Assembly (NCBI GenBank): GCA_051942245.1
Contig: JAVECL010000105.1
Location: forward strand, 1-51,768
Source: Trypethelium eluteriae
Lineage: Eukaryota
Reading direction: 5' to 3'
DNA length: 51,768 nucleotides
In this document: positions 33,755 through 45,428 of the stretch, one piece after another
Layout: every line of letters begins with the position of its first letter
How positions within the stretch are numbered: the first letter of the stretch is position 1
Position numbers and translations under genes: made by a program
Notes under the pieces: generated by a model
Database searches by the model: none
Told to the model about the DNA's origin: nothing
Seen by the model: only the letters and a program-made list of their open reading frames with translations

Positions 33755-35973
33755 ATGGCAGACTCACTTAACACGGTTCCCACAGTACCGGATTTGCAAG
33801 CTTCTCATTCATCAAATCACGATGTCATTGCTCTCTCCGATTTGAATCGACGGCGTAGACTGAGTGAGTCAGATACAGTGGTACCAAGGCGGAATCTAAA
33901 GGTCATCGATGTCGCAGCTTTGATACTTAATAAGATGGTGAGTATAGCGGTTCTACTTACTGAAATCGCGATGCCTTTGTGGCTAATAGGTCTCCTCTAG
34001 ATAGGATCAGGCATCTTCACCACGCCAGGTGCAGTACTCATTGCGACGAAATCTAAGCCCGTAAGCCTTGTCCTGTGGGTCGTAGGAGGGATATATTCCG
34101 TCCTATGGTGAGGACAGTGTCATGTCCCTTTCCAATCCAGCATCTAACGTCTCAAAGCTTGATTATATATCTAGAATATGCCATAGCACTACCGTTCAAC
34201 GGAGGTGAAATTATATATGTTTGTTGTCCATATATCCCTCCTACTTCTCGATGAGTCGATCCTCATTCATTGACTAACAGAACTGGCAGTTGGATGAGAT
34301 CTATCGCAAACCCGACATGCTGGCAACGGTCTTATACGCTGGGATTTTTATCGCCTTGGCCAATACCGCCGGTAATGCATTTGCGTTTGCTAAGCTCGTC
34401 CTGGTTGCAGCTCAGCACGTAGAGCCTAGCACGCCGGTGAATCTAGAACCCGCTCTGGTGCGGACACTCGCCATTTCCATCGTTACAGCTGTCTGCTTTC
34501 TGCACTACACGTGGAGTAGACTAGGATTGTTCTTCAACAAAGCTTTCGCCTTGTACAAGATCATACTGTGTCTTGTAGTCTTCGGGGCTGGCGTACGAGC
34601 ATGGAACAAGGCTGGATCAGGCATGACTGGCGGTGAAGATTTTGGAAGAACATACTCGGGAGGTACAGATGGGCTTGCGGCTCTCGTCACCATTTTCTAT
34701 GCATACGAAGGATGGGAGAATGCTACCTATGTTAGTCCCCTATATGTCATCTCATTTGCCGAGCAATTAACATTCATGGAACAGGTAGCGGGCGAAATTC
34801 ACGCACTTCGGGTATCTCCTGGAAGAAGTACCTCCAGCAGTACCTTGCGATGGGGTGCTATGCTTGCTGTCGTCGTTGTCACACTTCTTTACTTCCTTGT
34901 GGCATTTGGCTACGTAGGCGCATGTGACTCGAACCTTGTGAGAAGTTATGTTGACTTTTTAGTATACGGCATGCAGCTACACTGACATCACGAACGCTGA
35001 CAACGACCTGGGCATGGCCATCTATCTTGCACATCAGATTTGGGGCTCTACACATGGCCTATCAGTAGCTTTTGCTTTATCCGCTGTCGGAAACCTTATA
35101 GCTGTAATTTATACCTTCTCGAAAGGTGGAGAGTCCTCCTTGCTAGCTTGAGGTATCGGGGTTAACGACGAGCAGTCAAACAGGCTATCGCGGTGCAACG
35201 AATCCTTCCCTTCTGGAGTTTTCTCGAAAAAGATAGCGAGAACCCTCGCGGTGCGCTTGTCCTCCATTGGCTAGTCACAACAATTTTCATCTTAGCTTGC
35301 CCTACTTCAGCGGACGGCTACAATTTTGTTATAGGAATTAACGAGTATGCACGCATAATCATCACACGTATGTAGTCTATCAACTGTCAGGTTCTATCTA
35401 GAGAAAGATCGCTAAGACATGCATCAGTATTCATTGCGGCAGGCTTCCTCGTCCTTCATACACGTATGGACAAGGATTGGAAGCCCCAATCTTGGCTCCT
35501 GCGTCGTGTCTGGCTGCGCTTTGTCTTCGTGGTCCTGTTCCTAGGTCTCAATATGCTTGTGGTCGTATACGGTCCGATGCAGCGTCTCGACAACGGCGAA
35601 TTCAGCATTGATCGCATGTGGTGGCCATGCATATTTTTTATCATTCTCGCAGGCTCATTCCTATATTGGATGTTGCTAACAGTACCGCAGTGGAGGAAGG
35701 GGAAGTCTGGTCAAGTGGTTGGGGAAAGCCTCGCGTTTGAGGTCACGGTCTACCGTGACACTGATTCTCGAGACAGTTGGCCAACTCATATGTGGGGCCC
35801 AATGACCCAAGCACGACTAGATGGCACGGGAAGGAGGATCGAATACAAGGCAAGAAGGTCCCATGAAAACCCGGCGGACATACGCTAAGTGACTTTAGTT
35901 GTCCGGAAATCTTGCTCGAGTCGCCGAACGCCTCACGAAAGTCAGAAGATATTTCGAAGAATACATCTGGTAG
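33755..35973 (+). CDS. APC-superfamily amino-acid permease (Mup1/LAT-like, divergent), ~590 aa, 9 exons
   Basis: TM1 ILNKMIGSGIFTTPG, YLEYAIALPFNGGEIIY, TM6 YAYEGWENATYVAGE, ALSAVGNL..YTFSKVKQAIA.QRILPF, PRGALVLHW. Introns 33938-34000, 34108-34157, 34219-34289, 34731-34784, 34914-34962, 35126-35175, 35368-35427 and GC-AG 35850-35898. Alternative start at 33626. Confidence 0.88.
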
Positions 35974-36168
35974 CAGGTCGCATGTTTGAAGTTTGCAATA
36001 ATAATCATACCTAGCTGGCACAGAGCGAGAGAGATATTACTCTCATTGCGCAACCACGTGGGCTTGCGTTATCCTCAGAGCTCATTTTAAGTCAACGTAC
36101 ATACTATGCTCAGTTACTCTGCACTGCGACCAAGTGGCTTTGAACCACGAGAGGCTCCTCCTTGGTAT

Positions 36169-38441
36169 TCAAATGATGTCGAGCGTCCTGCTGTGCAAGT
36201 ATTTCCTCATAAATCGAAATCCAAATCCACCTTCCTGCAATGCTTGCCTGATTTCCCTATGAGCACGTGCTTGTGATTTCATCTCAGCATCCGTTTCGCC
36301 AATCGCAGAGAGGTCACTAAAGGGTAACTCATCGGGCTGACAAACAGTCCCTGGTGGAGGAATAGACCCAGTTTGGAAGTACTGGCGGATGAAGGTCGTT
36401 GTGCATTTAGAGAATGCCGCCAGCGATGAGTGACCCGGAGAGTCTTGGGTCAGGACCACGGACCCTGGAAAGCCCTTGGACATTTTCATCGCGGATCTCA
36501 ATGGGGTGACCGGATCAGCAGTATTACCAATCCAGAGTATCGGGGACGATGTGTTCGCCTCGTACGGCCCCGTAAATCGATAGAGAGGTCGTATTGCCCA
36601 AGCTGAACAAGTCAGTCTGACCTCCGACCATATGGCCCCCATCGACGGGCTCAAAGTTTGTAACTGTTGCCAGTATTCGTCGAAAGCCTTGAGCGTCATG
36701 TTGGTCTGAGGATCGCCGTCTCCACAAGCAATGGTCGGAGTAGCATATACACTTGACAAACCAGATTCGTTGTAGAGGGGCTCAGATACCTTTCCGATTT
36801 CGTCCGTTGAAGATGAAGGGCATGAAACGCTGTGGTAAGGTCGCAGTAGCTTAGCAAAAGCCGTCCCATTGCCTCGATCAATGTCCGAGAGAAGATTCGC
36901 CATGTAAGGAAACGAGTCGACTGGAGTATAGAGTGAGGCAAACATTAAATTCTTGATATCGCTATAGCTGACAACCTCGGGTATTTCACCTGTCACTGGC
37001 AGTGGATTGTGCCACAACTTCGCCAGAAGACCTTCCAATTTGGCTTTGAGATCCGCAGGCTTGGCACCTTTACTTGTGAAGGAGCATTTGTCGGGCCCAG
37101 CTGCTGCACAGGTTTCAAAGAAAGATTGCACAACTTTCTCGGTGTCTATCAGGTTATCAGTCCAAAGCTGCTTGAGGTAGTCCGGGGCGTCTACAACAGC
37201 ATCCAACGCCAATCGCTTGATACGGGACGGAAACATGGCAGCAAATGTACTTCCGAGGAAGCTACCATAAGAAAAACCCCAGTAAAGTATTTTTTCTTCA
37301 CCAGGTTTATACTGCAAATGTTGTAGCTCGGCGGGAAACTCTCCCGGTACTGGAGCTCGGCAAGATCCTTGACGGAACTGTTTGCGAGCCTCAAGATCCC
37401 GCCACTTTCCGTGCTTCTCAACTAACTCTAACATGTCTCTGGCTGCGGATGCCGTGCTACCGTACATCTTGATATCGTAATCCTCAAGGTTGGCTGTGCA
37501 GGAAGCACCGACTGCGTGAGCCATCGACCATAGCCGGCCTAAAGAAGCGTCGGAGCTGTTGATTATCCCTTCGCTCATTGTCCGTAAGGCCCATGTCTGA
37601 GACGTTGAGAGTCCCTGAAAACACTTCATAGTAGGTTCTGAAGCGCCGATTCCTCTTGGGTCAAAGCCTAGGATGTCAAAGTATTTGGCCCGGCTATTGC
37701 CGAAAGTTTGATTAGGGCTCTCAGTATAGTCGACGAGATCCTGCAGTTGATGACCACGTTCCTTTACAATATAGACTCCTGAGCCGCCAGGCCCTCCTGG
37801 GTTGACGAGCACGGGCCCGCCGTAACTTCAACTATGTGAGTGCTAATTCATTGTGTTATTCTTGTTCGTCTTACCGTTGATCTGTGACCGGTACCTTTGC
37901 AGGTAGCCGGGTGACCGCCAGACTAATATTCTTTGATGTTGTTCCATTCCACCAGTCGAGCGGGAGGCTCAACCGAGCGCATTGCAATCCCTCAAAGCAG
38001 GGGACATATTGAAGGTCTTCGTGTGATGAAAGCTGTGAGATGTTATTTGCAAAGCTGCCATCCGAAGACTCTGTGAAAGAAGAGATGTGGAAATGGACAA
38101 GATTGCAGCCGATAGATATGATTCAGTTATCGCTGTAAAGGAAACGAAGAGGGTAGAGAACGACATCTTTTTAACAAATTGGTATTTTGTAATCTTCAGT
38201 GGATTTACAAAGAGTATCAACCTACGGTAGACCAATCGAACTCGCTCGAGGACGTCACAGTCGTCGTTTGGGCAGGCCATTGGGAGGATAGGCCTTGTAG
38301 CAGGGTCTTCGCTAAGCCGACACCACTTATTGACAAGGTCAATTCCCATAGAAGAATGCCAGCCACTCCAATAAGAAGATAGTGTGAGTGTGAAGTCGTG
38401 CGGATAGGAGTCTGTAGCGGTCTTGATTGAGCCTCTTTCAT
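36169..38441 (-). CDS. Alpha/beta hydrolase, TAP-like (peptidase S33) with N-terminal hydrophobic anchor, ~676 aa
   Basis: CARLSLPLDW, NPGGPGGSG, FDPRGIG, nucleophile GFSYG, ADPVTP (Asp), GHSS (His). Introns 38033-38225 and 37826-37874. Confidence 0.9.
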
Positions 38442-39041
38442 TGTGGGCTCGGAGGATCATAAATCATTAGGCAGAAGTTGGTAGAGTGAAGCAGGACAGG
38501 CTGACGGGCGGTCGATGTCGGTAGTCTTTTATGCCGCTCCTCCATTAGAGTTAAAGTACTTTTCGCGCCAGGCCCGGACCGGACAAGCATGAGTGCATGG
38601 ATGCATGGTGCATTGACGGAACGTGTTCTCTATGCCACGGTGCAATCCGCTGGCTGGCACTTCTTCTCGTCACCATATGTCGGCCTGGTCCCACGGTCAC
38701 ACTCTATGTGGCGCCATTGCACTCTTGCTTGCAGCACTGGTACTCTAGTCTTGATTTTTGCGATGTCACATGCGGCCAAGTCAACATATACTAGGATTCA
38801 ACAGCTGCCAGTTTGGGCTGGCATGACCATGGCTTCTGGACTAAAGAGGCGATTTTCCTACCTACCGTGCAGTGCTGGCCTACGTAGTTCTTTGAATCCG
38901 GTCTCACTTTGAAGGCCGCCATAGATTTTCTCCCGGACACTAGAACTGAGACTACAGGACCGTCGATTAAGTCAACGAAGTCGCGAGTAAATACCTTGTC
39001 GAAGCTATAGTACAGTCATGCAATCTTTTCATTCAATAAAT

Positions 39042-40000
39042 CTATAACGAATGCACTTGCATCGGATCAGGTCCTCCACTGCTTGCTTCTAGCTCAGCGA
39101 TACCCCATGCTCTCTGTCGCCTCCGTCCTTCAGAATCCATCTCATATTGCATCGTGGAATCCAATTCTCGAACTGGCCTAGCTGAAGCCTCAAGCTCAGT
39201 CTTTCTCTCCCCAGATGTCACCTGCGCTTGCAACCCCGACTCTCTCTTTGACTTCTTATCCCGAATCTTTCTCAATCTCAAAAATGCCAGCACACCCAAG
39301 AGCAAGACACTGAGCGTAGTACCAATACCGACGCCGATCCTTCCACCCGTATTGAGACTGCCCCTATCAGATCCGGCATTCGGTAGACTTAGAGTTGGTG
39401 TCGGCGTAGCATTTCCGATCGTTGTTGGTGCCAGTAGAGGCCGAGAGGAAGTTGAAGAGGTTGCGTTGGATTCAGTGGCAGTGGCTGTTGGCGTTGCACT
39501 TGTGCTGGAAGGATTGCCCCAACTGGCTGCCTCAAGGTGGAAGACCGCGGTGGACGTCGGACAGCATCGCAAGCCTTCACCCTCGGACTCACAACAGTAG
39601 TCGGCCGGTTCAGTATAGCCTTAGCCCGGCCCACATTCCCAAACTTGGACTCCAGCATCGCCAAAGTTGTACGCAGACTTGTTATGGGCGGAGTCTTGAT
39701 CTAGGAATCAAGATGTTACACGCTTGTCGTGAACTAAGATTGACTGAGGAGGCGTCACTTACCGATTCGACAATGCTGGGGACAGATTTCCGATTGCCAG
39801 GTCTCATCTGTACATGTTCCCCTTGCAAAATTAATATCAGTGTTGCTTGCTGCATCTATGAGCGCGCAGAGTCCATTCGTTAGACACTGCTTGGTGTTAG
39901 AACAGCACATGCTGACTTCTGCGTCGGGATCGCATGGCTCGTCTCCAGAATTGATAGAGCCATCAGGGTAGTAACAGGCAGAGAGGTTTCCCTGAGGCAT
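39042..40000 (-). pseudogene. Cys-rich / Ser-Thr-rich single-TM (Mid2-like) surface protein with one premature stop
   Basis: CYYPDG..PC..SMCC..CLTNGLC..RGTCTD.TW...CP..C; intron 39701-39762; in-frame TAA at 39621-39623 (ECGPG*GY); Ser/Thr stalk; TM IGVGIGTTLSVLLLGVLAFL; tail with ELEA/ELDS/EMDS motifs. Confidence 0.72.
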
Positions 40001-40969
40001 CCCCGTCGATGAATGGAAGAAAACCACGTAAGCCTTTGAAGTCAGAATCGGAGAATCGGGGAACGGAGAGTCAGAGAGGCATACTCGGGACCATGGGGTC
40101 CTTTACGATACCAAGACACAAGGCTTGCGGCTGAGACGATGCCGGGCGTCTTTGTGCGACATTTCTTGCGTAGCGCTGACTTCTGAATGCTAATGATGCC
40201 AACCAACCCCAAAGGCATCCAGGCAGTCAGGAAATTGCTCAGTTTGAAAGATCCGGTAGAGCTAAGCCCAATTAGTCGCTTGTATTGTCGCTCAACTGAG
40301 CGTTGTAGCATCTCTGCGAGATTGATGGCATGCAGGTCAGACCTACTGTATCACCCAGGAATCCCCCAAGCAGCCATAGACTCCAATCCTTGAGCCAGTC
40401 ACAAATCCGTCTTCTATCGTAACAGCGACACATCTTTTGGATAAGTTTTTCGATCCTTTCAGTTGACTTTCCTCTCGACGGCGTCGCTGTATTCGTGCTT
40501 TGGAGTCGTTCCTCGACATCTCGTTCCGCTTCTTTCAATGATAAATTGCTGATCCACGCAACGCATTGATACCAAGCGAAAAACTTCAGCCAACTACCAG
40601 CAGCACACTTCCATCTCCTAGAAATTTTTGAATAGTGCAGGTGGTGAGCACTGATCAGCACCAATGGAAAAAGGAGGGTTTCAATCAACAAGGATAGCGT
40701 AGCGGGGAGATCCCCTTCTTCACGACACATTTTGAAATCACTCTGATTTTTCCTGCCCATTCTAGAGAAGATTTACAGCTTATGGCACAAATATTAGTGG
40801 AGATCAGCCACTCGAAACCATGTCCAAGAATGCAGTACATTGGCAACCAATTCCATGCAAGAAAGCGCCCTATGCAGAATAGCAACCTCTTGTAGTGGTG
40901 AAAACGCCTTCCCAGTGCTAGAACGAATTACCCCGTGTCCGCCGACGGCAGGTCCCATCATCAGAACGC

Positions 40970-43139
40970 CTACATCACAATGCAGTCTTTCTCTTTCTCT
41001 TTGCCCTGACTCTTGTCTTCGGGAGGTTCTGTCTCTGGCTGAGACGCTTTTTGTTTCCCCTTTAACCTATTATTTGTCGCCAGATCTTTACTTCTCGGCT
41101 GACCAACACTCATGGGGCGCTCCGGTTCTCCGGAAGCGGCCGCACGGATGATGGCTAGCCGCTGTCTTGCTCGGTCGTCTCCGTTGTCAGCAGCGCGAAC
41201 ATACCAGACATTGGCTTGGAGTGGATCCCGTCGACATCCGATGCCCATTTCTGTGAAATATCCGACCGCATATTCCGCTTTCGGAAAACCTGGTTTTTTT
41301 TTTGGTCAGCAACTTCCCATTTCTGAGGTATTTGCGACCAGCAATGGATGCATTACCAGTCTGCGCAGCTTTCTTCGCCCATTCGTAAGCCTCATTTTCG
41401 TCCTTTTCAAGGACAGGCTCGGCGCCTACCATATACCAAGCGCAGAGTGCCATCATAGCCTGTGGAAGGCCTGCTTGAGCAGCACCGTTGTAGAAATGGA
41501 CACTAAGAGCTGGGTCTTTTGGACAGCCGAACCTTCCATGTTCATACGTCTCTCCCATCATCATGTTTGCCTCTGGGTGTCCCAAGTCGGCGCTTTGTGT
41601 GAACAATTGAGCAGCATAGGCCTCATCTTTGAAGATGTCGTCACCAAATCCAGCCAAGTGCAACAGACCTAATTCGTACGGCGCAGTGTTGTACTGGAAA
41701 TCGGCGGACTCTTGTGCTCGCTTGAGCCATTTCACACCTTCGCGGTATTTGCCCGCAAGACCCATTTCACCTCTGATGCAGGATAGACCCAAGCGTGTGG
41801 CGGCCCCAGGATGGTTTTTTGACGCAGCCTGGCGGTAGAACTGGGCTGCTTTGGCATAGTCTTTCCGACAACCCCAACCGAATTCATAACATAAGGCCGC
41901 TCGATAACCGGCCTCCGCATGGCCGTGTTTGCTCGCAGCGATAAAGAGGGGAAAAGCGCGGTCGTAATCCTCCTTGCCTTTGTTGAAGAGGCCAGACGCG
42001 TAGCCATCGCCAAGATAGTACTGAGCGAACGGATAACTACGGTCTGACAGTCGTCCCAAGATCTGTCGAGCCTCCCGCAGTAGTTCCGTACGAGAATCTT
42101 GCTGTGTTGTTCCGTTGTCTCCGGCTCGTGGAGATGGCGTCTTGTCTTCTGTTCCAATAGCTGCTGAGTCGTTGGCAAGGTGTATCATGAAAATGGCAAA
42201 CTCATATTGAACTGCAGGATCATTGGTCTTTTTAACATTTCCGCGGTACATTTCCAGGGTTTGTTTGGTATTGAGGAGTGAGGCACTTGTACCGACGGAT
42301 GAGCGAAGTTGAGTATTTTCTAGATTCGGTGAGGGTGCAATCTGCTGCGCATAAGGAACATTGTTGAGCATATGAACGTAGGAAATCGGTCTATTCTCAG
42401 GCGAGCGTCGTGATGCCGAAACAGCCCGAGCATAGTTTCTTGGTGAGCCCTGCTCGACGCCTAACCGCGGGGAGGTTCGGCCTCTCGAGCTGACATCAGA
42501 AGCCAATGTATATGAAGAAGCAGGACGAGCGAGGGTAGATCGAGGGACGCCAAGATATTGCTGAGACGTCGACCTGCGTTCCCCTGCAGAAGAGCTTTGA
42601 GACTCGGAGCTGTTTGAAGCAAGAGTCACCCGGGAAGCACGGTTTTCCGGCCTCGTAACCCCATCTTCATTCTTTTGAGGGCCGACGGAAGATAGTGGTG
42701 AAGCCGATGCAGCTCTCGACTCCTGCTCATAGCTAAATCTCCGTTCGTTCTTCGTTGTCTGTTGTGAAGTCTTGTCTTGCAGAGCCACGCCATTAGGCGG
42801 TAAGCTTTTCCGTTTTAGCCTTTCTACTATCGAGGATTTCACAGAACCTGCAGAGATACGTCTTTGACTTTTGTCGGATGTCCCAGCATCTTTAGAGCGA
42901 TTGAGTTCTTGATGGGGAGGAGGTGGAGGCGGTTGATGAGGCGGCGGGGGTGGAGGTTGACCGACCGGTGATAGAGAGGAGGAACGAGGAACGTCTGGAA
43001 GGGGGTGGGCGTTATTTGTCGGAGTCGATGGAGACACCGGCACCTGATGTGGTAGACCTCCGCTCTTGGAGGAAGTTACTTGAAAAGGTGGATCCAGCTG
43101 GGGTGGACGCTCTCTTTTCAAAGTCTCCGCCGATGCCAT
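40970..43139 (-). CDS. SKT5: Chitin synthase activator (Chs4/Skt5 family, Sel1 repeats, C-terminal CaaX), ~700 aa
   Basis: TLEMYR.NVKKTNDPAVQYEFA; Sel1 repeats (AQYYLGDGY, AASKHGHAEAGYR, AMMALCAWYMVG); intron 41290-41356; ends KDCIVM. Confidence 0.95.
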
Positions 43140-45428
43140 CTTGAGGACACAGTGCCACTCAAGGCTTTTATCTTGGCTTTTTGACTATCTTTTTTCCGGA
43201 TCTAAGACTGCAGATGCCAGCAATCTATGCTCCCTGTACTCCTCTGGCTATGCACCATAGACAATGTGACCCAACAATAACGCCCAATGTAAATAGGTCC
43301 AAGTTTTTCAAATAATCGTGTATGAATACTGTAAAGCAATTCAGCTATGATAGACACGGAAGCACAGCTGATCAGATCCTAAGACTCCCAAAGAACATTG
43401 GACCACTGAAACGGGAGTAGATCGCACTCACAGAATGCAAGGTCTTGGGACCAAATCTGGTCCTCGACATCACCTTCACACCTTCTGGAAACTCATCATC
43501 AACAGTGAAGATTAGAGCTCCACGAGTGCCTGACTCTGAAAAGTTTCAAAGGTCTGTGGAAAAATGCGCAAGCCGTTCTTCAGCGATCCTATGCACTAGT
43601 GGACAGGTCGGAAGGCTGAGGAAGGCTCCAAGAGGTTAATGTGGGGGCGAAAGAGGCGCGTCTGAACGGTGAGAGATAATAAGCTCTGGTAATTATTTCT
43701 TATGTACGGCCTTATTAAAAGCGGAGTCGTCGAATGTCGCAATAGTTCTGCAGTCGGTGCGGCGCAGAAAGGCACAGCGTCTTATGGTGTTGGTCTCTCA
43801 AGAGGTCCAGCAGAGATGACAAGAGGGAACACGAGGGGCCAAGAGGGGAAATGATGAATAAAGTGGTCGTCGTCAAAAGTCTTCCGCACAGGGTCTTCGG
43901 TCTCCCTTTCTTTGGAGGCTTGAGACTGGCAAACAGCAGGACCGGGCGTTGTAAAGGCCGGCCGCTCTCGGATACGTGCCGGTCTCTCTCGCTTCTGCCG
44001 TATTGGCGGCTTGTCTATTAGGGGATGTGATCGAATGAGGATGCGCAAAAGATCCCACACCCTGGCGCTCCCTTCAATTTCTTCTTCTCGAGCGGACATA
44101 GAACTTCGTCATTGCTCCTCGTTTCGGAGTAGAGTGTGGCCAAAATCGCCGAACCCTTGTCACCACAATGTCTCAGCAGACCTTGTCGCCCTTGTCAATG
44201 TACCTTCCAGCAAGCCTTATGCAGGGCACCCGTCTACCAGAAATGCTACCGCCACTTGCCCAAACCGTACGACCCCATTAGCTGATGCTTAATCCCAAGT
44301 GCTGCGCAAACAATGTCAAGACGAGAGTCAGATAGCTGGTTGGCCTGCCGTGCGACAGCCGCCTACTTGCTGTCGTTTTGTGGCTATTATCTGCCCTTGA
44401 GCAGCCGTAACCAGTTGTCCAAAACCTCAGCCAGCCAGTGTTTGCTTTTCCATGATGGTGCAAGAATTGCACAATGGCAGTTCAAATCGGTACACTGAAG
44501 CATCATGGGACTTGAAAAGCGCATCGGTGAGGGTAACATCATATTATTACACCGCTAGGCCCGGGTTTCGACAGAGTTGAGGGTTGCAGTCACCAATGGA
44601 TGGAAGGCGTGCTTGTTTGCTCATCTGAAACCAGCAGGCCTTCGCAGATGCTAATTACGGCAATTGCGCCGACCCTCTGGTACCTCTGAAGTCGGCATGG
44701 CTCACGCACTCATCGAGGCTTCGTTGTGCTGGTCAAACCTTGTAGCTACTGTATGCGAGGAATTTATTTGTCTCGAGAGTAATCCGTAGCATGAAGGTGG
44801 TGACGACTTCTCGTATTTTTCAATATTCCTAAGATGTAGACGAAAGGAGCATGATGCAGGGAGACACGGGCGAGACTAGGCTTGAAGGCGCTTGGGGCTG
44901 AATCTGTTGCTGGGTTAGAGATCGGGGGTGACAGAAGTCTGTTCGTCGCCACCAAGCCCACCATGCCCACTCCTACTGGGGCATCTCCAACTAGTTAGTT
45001 GCCTTACTTAGCCTAGGGGCTCGACCCGTCGCCAGCGCAGTGAGGCTTTCTGCCGCCTTCTCACTCCAGCAACGAGCCGCGCTCACGTCTTGATCCTTCC
45101 TTGACCCTTCTTCGACCAACCCTTGTTTTCATTTCTTTCGAGTCATTCGTTCGAGCCTCATCGCAGTTACACTGTTATCCTTCATTCGCTACCTATCCTT
45201 CGTTGCATCGCATTTGTCTACTGGAACTGCTGCTCCTGACTATAGAGCACAACCGAGGCATTCGCTTGACCTCTTCGAACTCTTGTCATGCTGTCATAAA
45301 TCTCTCGATAAATCGCCGAGGACCACATTGCATCCTCAGAGTGAGTTCAGGAGTCAAGACTGCCGTCGGAGCGCGATGCAGGTTCGAGACAATGGAATGT
45401 GGCTAATTCGCAACTTGAATACAGCATC

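Noticed and set aside
14683..40000. TAA/TAG reassigned to Gln (alternative genetic code)
   Set aside because: Conserved genes in the window terminate normally at TAA (PDI after HDEL) and TAG (activator after CIVM).
11100..40100. Starship or other giant transposon
   Set aside because: No tyrosine-recombinase captain, transposase, terminal repeats or target-site duplication could be seen; only the cargo types are reminiscent.
40272..40760. 162-aa ORF downstream of the chitin synthase activator
   Set aside because: No recognisable motif or splice structure; probably 3' UTR or intergenic.
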